A stretch of DNA of 64,000 nt from Amoebophrya sp. A120. Its lineage: Eukaryota; Protista; Dinoflagellata. Positions 24,701 to 37,034 of this stretch are shown here, piece after piece. The notes beneath the pieces are model-generated. The model worked only from the letters and a program-made list of their open reading frames with translations. It had not been told where the DNA came from and did not search any database. The stretch is taken from the NCBI GenBank assembly GCA_905178155.1, contig CAJINV010000002.1, forward strand, positions 1,277,809-1,341,808. The letters are read 5' to 3'. The position numbers were made by a program, and so were the translations under genes. Every line of letters starts with the position of its first letter. Positions within the stretch are counted from its first letter, which is position 1.

Positions 24701-27700
24701 TGCGTTGCCAGAGGTGGGCCCTTGTAAAAGCTGCCCGACTGGCTTCATCGTTTTGGCTTCGTCCTGGTCTCGTTATCGTGCGAGGACGGTACCGGGGGTC
24801 GCCGTTTGTAAGCTGGTCTCCGACGCGGAGCCCGTTCTGTTGTTGTCATGTCAGGAGGAGATGACAACAACATCGCCCGGCCTCTCTCAGCGACTAGGGT
24901 GTAGCGGTCCGGTCCTGACAACCCATGCGCCCTTCACCCGTCTATTACATGTCCATCGGGATTTCCAATCGTATTGTCCCGCGAGACAATACAATGGGCA
25001 ACACAACGGAAGCGTCCCTGACAGAAAAACAAGCTCCATTTTCACACACAGGGACCGACGGTGCCGGATAAGAAAGAAACGACAGCAAACGACCAAGGCC
25101 TGAGCGGGCGGCGGCAAAGATAACAATAACAGGTCAGGGCCAAACGCTACAAGAAGCAGGCGGGCCTGCCATCTCAGCCCCTACGCCACAGAACACAAAA
25201 CATGAAAAGCGGGGCGCCACCAGAAACGGGGAAACGGCCCCAGAAGTGTCCTCCTGCAACCTGGGAAAGCGGCGCAGCGCGAAAAACGCCAACACAAAAT
25301 TTTTCTAGGCATTCGATAAGGCCCCTGGCGCAACGGCTGGCCCTGGGTGACGATTGCGAGCTGGAGAAGCCGGAACGCAAGGCCCTAGTGGCACAATCGA
25401 TCGACGAGGAAGCCCTCTATAACCATCCGGCTGCCTTGGAGTCTGTCATTCGCGGGCCTGGCAACCAACGCCTAGGAGCAAGCTACGGAATAGGTGCTTT
25501 GATGGGAGGGCGAGACAGGTCACGGCCATCCGCCTGCCCATCGAAGAAGAGCCAGGTCACAATCACATCCAGCTGCGTTCACAAGACCAGCCAGGTCACA
25601 GCCATCCAGCTGACCGCACACAAATGTCCCCGGCGGCAATCATCGAAGCGCATCTATGGGACTGGGAGGAGCCGGGAATTGCCAAAGGCAGGAACCCCCT
25701 GACACATGCCAACAGAACCCAATAACCACATATGACGACGCGGAGAAAGGGCATGCCTCGACTGGCTTACGGATCAGCCCGATTGCCCCGCTGCGTGTTA
25801 TTTTCCCGGGCAAGTTCATTCATACTGAACCCCGGGCACGCCACCCGGAGACGGGCGAAGAAGTCCTCCAGTTTTTACAAAACGCCCCGCATAGCGGCCA
25901 ACTAAATGGGGCGGGGTCAGTTAGCCATCGAGTTGCTTACTTCGCTAAACGGCGATGGGTGGACCCCATATACAAAAAGCCCCATTGGACTGCCCTTCTT
26001 TGCGTTAAGACCCTTTTATACTAAGTATCTACACTTGTCACGCACGTTTTGCATGAGCTGCCATGATGTCTGTGATGCATGACCTAAACAACACCGATTT
26101 TTTGAGGGCTTCTTGATCTTGTTAATGCCTATTCCGCATGACAAATGCCCTCTCCGCGTAGCAAAAATTAGATTCCTTTCGATGCTGCTCATGCAATACA
26201 GATTTTTTTGGAATCCAAATGCAGCATCACAACAAGTTGCATTCTTCCAGAGCCAGACCCAGACATATTTGCACTTAATAGTCCTTCTTCAGCAACAATT
26301 CCGATAATCTTCGAAACTGCAAATGGGCCTTTTCCCGGCTAGCCAGCATCTTCACGACTCTCACCGGGTTTTCGTAACCTCGCAAGCTTAACTCCCGCTG
26401 CAACTGCTCAGATGAACAAACAAATTCCTGCTTTTTCCCGTGTTTCCCCGTGATGGATTTCCAGAGGTTATACGGGTTTCCGTAGCAGTACTTCACCCAC
26501 TTGCAGAAGTGCAGCCCGATCTCCTCGTCGGTAATGTTACTCGTGGAACTGTTCGGGTTCTTGAAGTAGTAGTTGGTCAAAATACTGCAAAAGGTCGGTT
26601 TTACAATCACGGAGTGACTCGTAAAAGAATCCGACAGCTGCAGCCACAATTCCACCCAGCAATCGGAGTGTAGACCCAAATCCGAGCAGAGGTTCTCGAA
26701 CTGGAGTTTGTCGATTTGGTTCTTCTCGTTCAGATCGTACTCGTACCAGCACTGCTCTGCGGTTAGATAGTTTTTGAAAACGAGTCTTCCCAAGTCTTCT
26801 ATCAACTGAAACGACTGTTGATCAAACGATTCTAAAGTGAGTAATTGCTGGTTACTGAACCGGTTATCCGTCACTTTCACCGGGTCCGGCATGAGGAAAT
26901 CCCAAATAAACCGGACGTTTTTTTCCGTAATCATCGCCATTTTCGATCGGAACAAAGCCCAATTAATCCCAATCCCCTTGCATTCCCTGTCAAACAAGTT
27001 CCGCCAAGCAGAGCTCAAAGAACCGTATTTCCGCTATCCCACGAAAAAACTGCTTCTCTGTGATGATATATTTGCAAGATCTGCATCACAAGTTTGACAC
27101 ACATGACACTGAAAATCTGTCATGCGCTCTTCCCAAGGGAAAATACGCTTGAAAATCCAATGCCTTGTAGGTGCAGCAAGACAAATAGTTCTGTGTTCCA
27201 TTTTCTGCATCACAAGTTCCCAGTGAAACAGTTTTTTCTTGCGATATCCGCACTAAAAGGTTCAAAATCCCCTCTAAACCATCGTACTCGTGGCGGAGTT
27301 GAGAACGGTATGGAAGCGTCAGAATCGAAATCGACTAAGTTGAAATAATCTGTAATGCATAAAACGGATAGCAGTTGGCGCCCAATTTTCAAGTGGCGCA
27401 TGGCAAATTTGGATAGAACCCAAATCCAGTTTGTCATGCTGTTTGGGGAAGGAAGACACTTTTTGTCATGCTACTTTAGCAGCTCTATGCATTTCTACTT
27501 CTCAACAGGCTTCTAATCTGCCTCACTTGTCTACTCTGCAAGACAGGCATTTTGTGGATTGCATTTTTTGCATGACAAATCATTTTAACTTTGTCGATTT
27601 CAATCCTGACACTCCCATAAACGACAAGCATCCCGGAGATTTCGATTCGTTGTGGATATGAACCGCCGGAAACGGTCGCGGGTCAGGTATAGTTTCGGGG

Positions 27701-29695
27701 TGGTAGTGTTGTTGAAGGATAATCGTTCTTGCAGCTTTTGCTTCATTTCGGGCGGTGATGGTACCGCAGGAGTCCTCTGGACCACAAGGTCTTTCGCGTC
27801 GATCTGAAATTTCGATTTCTTGCCCTCTACCCCGTTGCCAGCAGATGCACCTCCGGAAGAAGTAGATGAAAACACCAGCGGTATGTGATTTTCCGGCTGT
27901 AGCCAGAAAAGAATGTTCGTATCCGTGACCGTAACTGGGTTCAAAATCTCGTAGAACAACAGTTCCGCGTCACTCCTACTCAACCTTTGCTTGTCGCTCT
28001 CTCTCGTCCCGGTCTGGAGTAAGATCGGGCCCCCTTGAATAGTATCAAATGCAAAAATGTCTGGGTCTGGAAGAATGCAAGATCTGTCATGCATATTTCT
28101 CATGACCCAGGATGCCTGTAATGCATGACCTAGCATCGCAGACTTTTAGACGGCTTCCAGATGCACCTTCCGCATGAGAAATGCCCTGTCCGTGTAGCAC
28201 AAATTCCACCCCTCTTGCTGGTCATGCAATACAAATTTTTTTCGAGTCCAAAAACAGCATGACAAGCTGCAATCTTCCAGACCCAGACATTTTTGCAATT
28301 GATAAACAGCCGGCCGGTTGTTGAAAAAGTTGTAGATGTTTTCCTATCAACTGCAAAAGTATCGTACTCGTATATTAAATGCATAATTTCCTCAGCATGA
28401 GAAATAAAATTTGTAATGCAGATTTGCCTTGGAAACAAGACTTGTAATGCATGATTGCAATTAGAATTACTACGAGTACTATACTTTTGCACAGGATATT
28501 TCCACAAAATCTACGAAAGTAACCCCGGGCTTCATAGAGGCGTAGTTGATCTGACGGCGGCTACTGCTGCTGCTGCTGGTGCTGTTGTTTCGTGTAGATG
28601 TCGTGGTCTGCTCCCCGCCGTCGGTCGTTTGCTCCTGCGTTGCAGCCGCCGAAGATGTTGACAAAGCCGGTTTGCTTGTTACTTTAAACACCGCTCGCTC
28701 CACTTCTACCTGCAGGGACTTCCTTCCCGGGAACGTCAAGTAATTCGAGTCAAACAGCTGACAAAACCCGGCCGCTAATGCGGTCACGTTGTCCGGGATG
28801 TGGCTCTATCAAATGCAAATATGTCTGGGTCTGGAAGAATGCAACTTTGTCATGCTTGTCTGGCATGACTCATAAATCTGTAATGCATGAGCAGGAAAAT
28901 GGCCTCTTGCCTGTCATGCAGAAACGCAATTTGCCATGCGGAAAACGAAACACAGTAGTAGTTGAAAAATTTGTCATGCTTGGCTGCGTATTGCAGTCCG
29001 CCCACCAGTCACATTTTAGCATCACAAGTTTCTAGACCCAGACATTTTTGCAGTTGATAGGCTATGGGGTCGAAAAGCGGCTTGGAGATACGTCGATTCC
29101 ATGTAGTGCCGCTGCGCGACATTATCCTGTGCAAAAGTATCGTACTCGTACTAATTGCATTTATGCATTACAAATCTAGTTCCCAAGGCAAATCCGCATT
29201 ACAACAAATTCAATTTGTAATGCTGAGCCAATTTGTATTGCAATTTATACTAGTACGTTACTTTTGCAATTCATAGACATGCTGGATGTGCGCGACCTCG
29301 CGGACGTGGTGCGAGGTTTGTTTTATCAATTTGTTCAGCTGGTGCGGGGTTTTCAGGAAACGGAACCGGGTGGTGGGGTCTACTTTCGACGGAGAAGTAG
29401 TGCTATTTGTTCTCATCTTGTTGGCCTGTGCTGTTGTATTTGCCGACAAATTATCGCCAGGTTGTTGCGCGTGCTCGAAGAGAAAATCGTCTGGCTCCAG
29501 ATTACTGGGCTCGTCGGGATCGTCATTGAGTTGTTGCACTGTGGAATCATGCAGCTCGCTGCTGTCCATTGTTCCTTCCAGGTCGTTGGTGGCATTATTT
29601 GCCTCTAATGGCGCTGCTGCTGCTGATCCTCCGACGGTAGAGCGCTCCTCTTCGCCCGAGGAAGAGAATTGAATGTCGTCGGGGTCAGCAGACAT
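15720..29695 (-). CDS. Large protein (~2,763 aa, 15 exons) with degenerate EF-hand-like repeats
   Basis: 14 TIR introns, each rejoining in frame; MSADPDD... to ...FAMKRKR*. Repeated KYGSLSSAWRNLFD / KYGSLGLIWRHLF motifs and a YDLNEKNQIDKLQFE loop resemble dinoflagellate EF-hand-like repeats (function inferred). Confidence 0.85.
15790..16051. mobile_element. TIR introner A (262 bp)
   Basis: DR ACCGC/ACCGC. Confidence 0.95.
16112..16281. mobile_element. TIR introner B (170 bp)
   Basis: TATGCATTGCAAAAG...CTTTTGCAGTGCATA; DR GCACG/GCCCG. Confidence 0.9.
17333..17588. mobile_element. TIR introner A (256 bp)
   Basis: DR TGTAC/TGTAC. Confidence 0.95.
21222..21493. mobile_element. TIR introner A (272 bp)
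   Basis: DR TCGCG/CCGCG. Confidence 0.9.
21540..21691. mobile_element. TIR introner B (152 bp)
   Basis: DR ATTTC/ATTTC. Confidence 0.95.
22228..22495. mobile_element. TIR introner A (268 bp), inverted close copy of 15790-16051
   Basis: DR ACTTG/ACTTG. Confidence 0.95.
22928..23185. mobile_element. TIR introner A (258 bp)
   Basis: DR GTTCT/GTTCT. Confidence 0.95.
23650..26280. mobile_element. TIR introner A expanded to 2,631 bp by a nested insertion
   Basis: DR GTCCT/GTCCT; both TIRs carry the same extra ~6-nt unit; excision gives LKKD|AKEQSEAF. Confidence 0.9.
23700..26032 (-). mobile_element. Nested 2.3-kb GC-rich non-autonomous element with a (CCAA)n end
   Basis: Splits the introner at ...GAGACTTG|...|ACTTGTCACGC (DR ACTTG); (GTTG)5 at the left end; internal repeats; no recognisable RT or transposase ORF. 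Strand inferred from the tail. Confidence 0.75.
27035..27246. mobile_element. TIR introner F (212 bp)
   Basis: TATCCCACGAAAAAACTG...CAGTTTTTTTCTTGCGATA; DR TCCGC/TCCGC. Confidence 0.9.
27309..27619. mobile_element. TIR introner E (311 bp)
   Basis: TATGGAAGCGTCAG...CTGACACTCCCATA; DR AACGG/AACGA. Confidence 0.9.
28043..28304. mobile_element. TIR introner A (262 bp)
   Basis: DR AATAG/AACAG. Confidence 0.92.
28345..28498. mobile_element. TIR introner B (154 bp)
   Basis: DR TTTCC/TTTCC. Confidence 0.95.
28807..29059. mobile_element. TIR introner A (253 bp)
   Basis: DR GGCTC/GGCTA. Confidence 0.92.
29123..29275. mobile_element. TIR introner B (153 bp)
   Basis: DR GACAT/GACAT. Confidence 0.95.
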
Positions 29696-30931
29696 GGTCG
29701 TTTTTCAAGTGTGTTGGTCTCAATTTCAAAAAGTAAAAGATTGAGATACTTATGCCAAAAATAAAACTCAGCTGGTGCCGAAAGGCGGGCGACACGACAA
29801 AAAGCAACAATACCAAAATGACACGAAACACGGTACAAACGAGAAAAAGAAAATGAGATATGAATAAAAGTTAGCAGTGGATGATGAAAGCAGTAGCTCA
29901 CTGGAAAATGATGGAAATAAGGGGCAACAGGCTAGTAAAAGAAGCAGTTTCAACACTTCTTTCATCACGAAGCCAGACGATTGTTTTTCACGAATGAGCA
30001 GGTTGCGTCTTGCCAGGCATCAAGGGACCACGAACGACTTGTTTTTCTTGTCAGAGATTGCATTCGATGTACGAAGATTCTGTTTTTTATTTTTGCACGA
30101 CATGAAGAACGAAGTTGACCTTAACTTTCGGTGTGCACGGTGTCGAACTACGACTGACGACGACGAGTGCTATCAAGACCACGAAAGAGTATCAAAGTAC
30201 TTAGTGACCGCGTCGAAATGTTCCATCAAAACGATGAATTTCAGAATCATATCAGAACACGATGCATTTCTCGGTCTTTCCATAGACATTGCACTCGTAG
30301 GAGCACGACTTGTTTGATTTTTCATTCCACTTATCATGCGCAATCGCACGTATGCAATTGATGATGCCTAAAGCGAAAAAAACATGACCGTTATCCTGGA
30401 TTTCTTAACATGTCCAAAAGTACTACTGTGGTAGGTACTCGAGGCTATGAAGCGTCAAAACCGTGCAAAGTAGGATCAGGAAGCATATTCTTTACTTAAT
30501 TCTTTGCAAAGGATGATGTTAATTCTGCGACCTAACGCCACGAAAAACGGTTTTTAATTGGTTAGGGATTATAACTATTGTGTTTGTGATGTGCATGAAA
30601 GCTTCTAAGCCAAACAAAACCTTGCTAAAGGTATGTACCTATAAGGACTGTCCTTCAAAATACGTGCGTCTTGCTTCAAAAAAAAATCCTCAGGCTTTTT
30701 TACTTCAATTAGTGCGCACTACATGTAGCGAGAAAACTAGTATGTGTACTATGCATGATTCATGGTTTGATCTTCTTTATTTGTATGCAGGATTAGATGC
30801 ACCACGAACATGGGTGCGTGTGTACAGAACATGTTTCCACACGTAGTCTGAAGAAGACATGAAATATTTCCTCTATCACAGACGCCTGTTGCAGTTCTCC
30901 TAAAGACTTCTTGTGTTTGCGACCAATATCT

Positions 30932-32845
30932 TCACTCAAACTCCACGTTGTCTAGTCCGTTTTTCGAAAACAGAAAGTGCCTCAGCGCCAACTCCTCTCC
31001 CACCGCGTTTGCCGGCAGCGCTATGAAATTGTAATCAACTACCTGCGCTTCCCGGAACGCGTAAAATTCCTTGCGCATCTGCTGCGCCCGGCGGATCGCG
31101 CGGGACTTGGGGGAAAGAGAGTGAGAAGTAGGGGATGACCGGCTCCTTCTACGGGGGGCCGCTTTAGGAGTACTAGAAGCGGCGGCGTTATGATGAGTGT
31201 TCTCCTGCTGTTCCTCGACTTCTGTGGCAGCGTCCATGTGGAAGTGGGACGACGTGGCGGTACTACCAGAAGCCCCGTTGCGCGGCGCAGCATCAACAAG
31301 ATCTCGTTCGTTTTCGTCACCGACAAGAGAGGTCGCACTGCCTCGGGCTGCTGTAGTCATCTGTACCTCCTGAGTAGGACCTCCAGTCGTCCCAGGAATG
31401 TCAAAGCGGAGGAGGGTCTGCAGGCGAGTCACCAATTTGTCATGCTGGCCGACAGTAGACGAATCACGACCTTGCAGCGCCCCAAGCTTCTTCAACGTTT
31501 TCGCTAGTTCGTACTTCAAAAACTCCACACGCATCAAATCCTCGTAGGACAATTGTTCGATTTTCTTTTTCCAGGAGTCGAAATTAGAATATAACGGTGC
31601 ACAACTCCCCCTCCCCTCATTTGTATAGCATGAACGGCAATACAAGTGTCAGCAAGAATGCAGGTTTTGCATCACAAATTTGCACAGGAGTGTAGTGCTA
31701 TTTGGGCTGCCAGAACTTGTCATGCATAAATAGTGACAGGAGGGAAAGCGTGGATTGGGTATTTTGCATGAGAAATGAGAACGAGGGGGAGTTGTGCACT
31801 CTCATATAGAAACAGCCTTTTCCACGATCCATTCCGGAATGTTGTGCGCTCTTGCCTCCACACCGTGCTGCAGAAGGTGGTTCTGGTGGTTCCCGATAGT
31901 GGTGATCCCTGCGGCCGTGATCATTGTCTGTCCGTTGACACCATGACCGGCTAATTGCTTCGACAACGCCAGACCCGCGAACAATTTGTGCCGCGTGCGC
32001 AAGTACCGCTTCGGGTCGTGGAAAACGTGATCTCCTTCGGTCGGAAAAGTCGCCCAGAAGTCGTCTCGGTGATTGCGGGTAGGGTACTTCGCGGTCAGAA
32101 CCCAGGAATATTGCTCCATCAGCTGCTTCAGAATGCTGGCCTTCTGCTCGGCGAGAGTAATCAGACGGTTGAACACCCGGGCTGGGAGTAACTTCGAATG
32201 ATCCTGCTGCGCATCAAGAACATTGACCTGCTGCGCGTCCCGCAGTTTCTCGTGCAAACGCACGAGCTCCGCCTGATTTTTCGCCCAGTCTTGCTGAACC
32301 CGGATGAACAGCGGGTTAAACGCCTCCGCCAGTTGCAAGCGAAAGCTTTTCGAGATGTCAAACTGGACGAGCATGGCGCGAAACAGCGTCCATTCCACGT
32401 TGCGCCGTTGGATTTGCTGCTGCTGGAAAAGTTGCTCCATTTCTTGCTGTTGCTGCTGGAGCATAAGCGCCTCCTGCTGCTGCTGTTGCTGCTGCAGCCG
32501 CTGTTCCTGAATCCAGAGTAGGACTTCCTGGTCCGGCGTAAGCCGCCCGCCCCGAATCATGTCAGCGGGAAGGGGTTGCCCAATGTCGCGACGACGCCGC
32601 TTCTTCTGCACCTTTTTAGCAAGGGAGAGTTTGGTAGCGGAGACGGAGACAAGACCGCCAACGGTGGCTGCAGAGGGCATTATACTAGAGTCACCAAATA
32701 AATGTTCACCTGGCGCGGCCTGGGAAGAAGATGTTGCAGACAGGTTGGTGCTCATCTCCAAGACACCAGCACAGGTTAAATAAGTGACCGCACAGAGACG
32801 GCGCAGGCCAACCTGCTCTACCCTAAAGAAACGTTGCATCGCCAT
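30932..32845 (-). CDS. Hypothetical polyQ/coiled-coil protein, ~563 aa, 2 exons, hydrophobic N-terminal segment
   Basis: ORFs 31802-32845 and 30932-31645 join as KAVS|NFDSWKK after excising 31590-31806 (+5). Confidence 0.8.
31590..31806. mobile_element. TIR introner D (217 bp)
   Basis: TATAACGGTGCACAACTCCCCCTC...GAGGGGGAGTTGTGCACTCTCATA; DR TAGAA/TAGAA. Confidence 0.93.
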
Positions 32846-33245
32846 GATGTAAATGTTTAATACGTATGAATTGGAGTTGATACTGTAGTTGTGGAGGAAA
32901 TTATATTACGAGGGCACAAATGATATCTGTGACTAGTAGCGACTCGCCTGTTCTAGGAGAAAATCACTGTTTCTGTTGATCGACGAAGCAGACCAGAACT
33001 ACAACTACTTCTCGGTGGATCTTGTTGTTTATAATTGCCCAATATTTTCCAAAGTGTCAACGTGTGTACTAGTAACAGTAAGCAGGTTGAAAGGAGTTTT
33101 ATCTATGCATACATGCACGACTACACTAGATGTTGTTCTCAAGCCTGGAAGGACCTGGAAGTAGAGAGGGTGTAATTAAGCGTTTAAGATCATTTTTTCG
33201 ACGTCATTTCGATACCGATACTTAGCTCTGACAAATATTTGTATT

Positions 33246-33700
33246 TGGGCATCCGCATTGTAGCTTTTCCAAGCAGTAGCAGATGCAGATCCTCCAGTCT
33301 TGAAGATCATCATTTTTCACTTCATTTACTTGCTCTACTGCTACTTCACCGAAGATTCGTCGAACACGTGATCTTCTTGCGCATTTTGTTTTTTGACTTG
33401 ATCGATTTGGCGGACTAGCCGCAGGGAACGTACGAAGATATTCTTCGTGATTTCATCTTGCGATGATTTGTTTGTCAATTTTCGTGCAACGAGGACCGAG
33501 GTTGATTGCCTACTTTGTGCTAGATGAAAGAACATAGCACTGCCTTGTCTACTGCTGACCACATTTCGCGCCCAGGTCAGCCGCCAATATCAAACTGGGA
33601 TGATCTGGCTCGTGCGCTCTGTCTGCGGTTAGACTTAGATGATCTGATGTTGAGAACACGAAATTAAAATAGGTAGAAAACTGGTCTTCACCGGCAACCA
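33246..33700 (+). repeat. Duplicated upstream module, second copy at ~37520-37900
   Basis: Shared AGCTTTTCCAAGCAGTAGCAGATGCAGATC and GTGATCTTCTTGCGCATTTTGTTTTTTGAC blocks. Confidence 0.75.
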
Positions 33701-34741
33701 TCAGAGTCAGTGTTGAAAATAAGCACTTTTTCCTTTTGGCAAGTGTTCGAGTTCGAGTTCGAGGCGTTACCTTCTGAGCGTCTATCTGCCCAGATAGGTA
33801 GACTCGAAACTGAAGCCACGCACTCGCAACTCCAGCCTCGCACTCGCAACTGAAGGGCGTCATCTTCAGAATGCTGGTCTTACATGATCGTGGTGTTCTT
33901 TAACCTGTAAAAATGAAGAGGCTACAAAAGTGCCAGCGGCTAAAAAGAAAGATAAAGATAGTGTGCGGCACCAGACAGGCGGCGTTCAGCCGACTCGGTA
34001 TGATTTCCTGTTGTACTACGTACAACTCGCAAGTACTAGTACATTTTAATTCTTATTTTTCAGTAGGTCCTTCTCCTTACGTTAAACTCACCCTCTGCGC
34101 CGCGAGGAGTGATAGCGGAAAACATGAACAACTTCCACTTCGGGTTGGCGTTGGAAAATAATGATAAAAACCTATCGGGTGCTCGTTTCTACTTTAGGCG
34201 AGCGACTAACTGCTCAGCGTACTACTTATGTTCCTGCTTGTAAGTAGCTGAGTGTCTCAACTGACCACCACCGAAGCTTGCCGAAACACCACCGTTTTGG
34301 GCTGTGAACGGCCAAGCACGGGGAGTTGCCGGGGAGAGAGAAAGCCGAAACCCTCAGGCAGCCCCAGCTTCAGAAAGGTGCAATACTACCTCCTCATCCG
34401 TACAGCACCAATCAACCTCCGCAATAAAGCCGCAAATAATAAGAAATACCTCCAAAACGCATTCGTATAAAAGATATAAAAAAATCATCAAAATATACAT
34501 GTAGCTTTACTACTAGGCGATACCCCTTTACCTTTTCCTCCCTGCACCTCCATAGGCGAAGCAGGGAGGAAAGAAATTATCGATGAACGGCAGGCGAGCG
34601 CCGATCTCCACCTGGATCATTGTCCACCTCTGCACCAACTCCTGCGGCGCAATTCCACCACGGAGCGAATTCAATTGTTGTACCGCGTATTATTATCTTC
34701 GGGTGGAACAACAAGAACAACAATGTGAATGGCCGCCATAA

Positions 34742-37034
34742 TTATAATACGTCAATAGATTTTGATTTACAAAGGCTGCCGCTGAGTGAGAAGCCTGTCT
34801 TCAGCTGACATGCGGCCGCGCTGTGGCACTGCCTCTGGTACTCCTTCAGGCAATCCAAAACCCTACGCAAACGGGCGATCCGCTCTTCCCGGGTACGCTT
34901 ATCCGCTCTTATTGTATCGCTATGATGGCTGCTCTGCTGGACTTCCAACCACCCCCGTTGCAGCACCTGCCTTTCTTGATCCTCCCGGTGCACGGCGTGC
35001 ATCTCTGTACACACATATATCCCGAACCCGAGGTAGATAGCAGGTGCTATTCTTGTGAAGGCGTCACTCATGGAGTCCCATCCTCGGCCGTCGTACGCCG
35101 CGTAGCAACAAAAGAAGGTGGGCCAAAACGCGGCCGCGCCTAACAGAAGAGCCGTGTACCCAATCTGTTCGCGCAACGTCAGGGGAGAGATCGTGGACAA
35201 GTCCTCGATCTCTTTTTCTATCGCCGCAACCATCTTGCCGAGCACGATGTTTTCATCAGGCTTTGCATTTTGATTATCAAAATCTTCTACCACAACGAAA
35301 CAGTTTTTCATGCTCAAGGAACCCGAAGACAGCGGGTGGTTGCACAGTGGGCAAGAACCACGCTGCGGCTCTTCTGCGGGGTCAAAACCAGGTTCGCAAA
35401 GAAAACCACGCCTCTTCTTCAGATCTATGAACTGCAAATATGTCTGGGTCCTCTGGGAGATTGCGAGATTTCTCGTCACGCTAGTCAGGGGGCATGACTC
35501 TGAACTCTCCTCGATAAGTATTGCGTGCCCGCGAAGAGCTCATCTCTTCGATCTGTGGTCATGCAAAAACGCAGTTTCTCATGCGGACGCGTAAGTACGC
35601 AACTGTGAACCACGGAAGAACTTGTCATGCTGGGGAGCGCGTCCTTGCAGTAGTGTGCCTGTGGCTGTGCTCACTCTTCCATTCCTTGTATGACAAGCTT
35701 CCAGACCCAGACATGTTTGCGATGCATAGGCTCCCCTACTGCACACTTTCGATGGAACTTGTGCAGGGCTGTCTCCTTTATTCTGAGCAAAAGCGTCCCC
35801 ACCTCCCTATAGAGGATAAAAAAATATTAATATTTTTTTGATAAAAAAATGGCAAATCTGCATGCTAAATACTTAAGATGGTTCATGTCATGCTGAGCCC
35901 CATGAGAAGCATTTTCTAGTCACGGTTTCCAGCTTGTCATGCACATGCTCCAGTCAGCATGATGCGCTAGATCTGTGACGCTGCTGAACTAGCTCAACAG
36001 GATTCCACTACATCAAGGCCAGGCTTGTCATGCGCAACAACCAAAGCTTGTGGTATCTGTGTAAGTAGCAGCAGATTCCCCATCTTGATATGATAATATG
36101 GACAACTGGGGACGTTTTTACACAAGATATGCTTCAGACGCTCCTCAACCTCCTTTGATCCGCTCGCATTTGGATCTCGGATATGAACTGCAAATGATTC
36201 TGGGTCTGGAAGGCGGGTGCAACACTTGTCATGCAAATCATCTTACATGAGCCATGACGCCGGTAATGTATAATCTACCATCACAGACTTGTAGAGGGCT
36301 TCCTGATGCCTATGCCGCAAGAGAAATGCCTTCTACTCCATGTAGCGCAAACAAGACCCCTCTTGCTGGGAATGCAATACAGATTTTTTTAGAATGCAAA
36401 GACAGCATCACAACTTGCAACCTTCCAGACGCAGACAAATTTGCAATGCATATGGCAGGTGGAGGAGCGAAACCACGTCGTCCTCTGAGTTTGTACTAGT
36501 GCCATGCAGTTTACCAAGACAAATCGCACACGTTTGCTCCTCTTCTTCGCCTTTAGTATTTTTCCATCCGATGTTGTCCTGTGCGGCAGGAGCAAGCGGA
36601 GCAGAAGCTCGTCCACCTGCTGTTGTAGCACCAGAAGATGAAGCAGCAGCACCAGCAGGACTTTGTTCTTTTTTACGACCACGTTCTTGTTTTATTCTGC
36701 GGCCAGTGCTGGACCTGGAGCTCCTACCTCGAGAGGATGATGTTGAGGGTGATCGGGGAGGAGAAGCGTTGCGGGATTTTTGCTCTTCTTGCAACAAGGG
36801 GGATGATCGAGAAGTACTTCTTGTTCTTCTTCCGCCTCTACTTCGCGGAGCATGAGAGGCTTTAACGCTGGCAACTACCTTGGAGGTCGTCAAGCTGGTG
36901 TGCAGCCCCAACAACAAGTAGTGCACGACGGTCATATGAAGAAGGACACCAGACAAAAAACCAGGCATCACGGCAACCCAACTGCGTGCTGTAGTCCTCT
37001 GGAAAGACGGAGAGGAGCAGTGCCGGCGCGCCAT
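34742..37034 (-). CDS. Membrane protein with a degenerate RING-H2 finger (E3 ligase-like), ~450 aa, 4 exons
   Basis: Excising three elements assembles CAICL...LP...HKFHRKC...CPLC; hydrophobic N-terminus and two C-terminal TM-like segments; third Cys ligand apparently missing. Confidence 0.75.
35426..35728. mobile_element. TIR introner A (303 bp)
   Basis: DR decayed: AGATC/GGCTC. Confidence 0.85.
35779..36129. mobile_element. TIR introner C (351 bp, AT-rich internal insert)
   Basis: DR TCCTT/TGCTT. Confidence 0.85.
36182..36452. mobile_element. TIR introner A (271 bp)
   Basis: DR decayed: TCGGA/TGGCA. Confidence 0.85.

Noticed and set aside
23593-25702. ORFs in the nested insert as transposase or reverse transcriptase
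   Set aside because: They are low-complexity products of GC-rich repeats, with no recognisable DDE, RT or tyrosine-recombinase motifs.
414-29280. Requirement for a G in the DR to supply half of GT/AG
   Set aside because: It held for many early cases, but DR AAAAA (51985) and AATTT (55291) in mRNA sense lack G, and the G position is not fixed.
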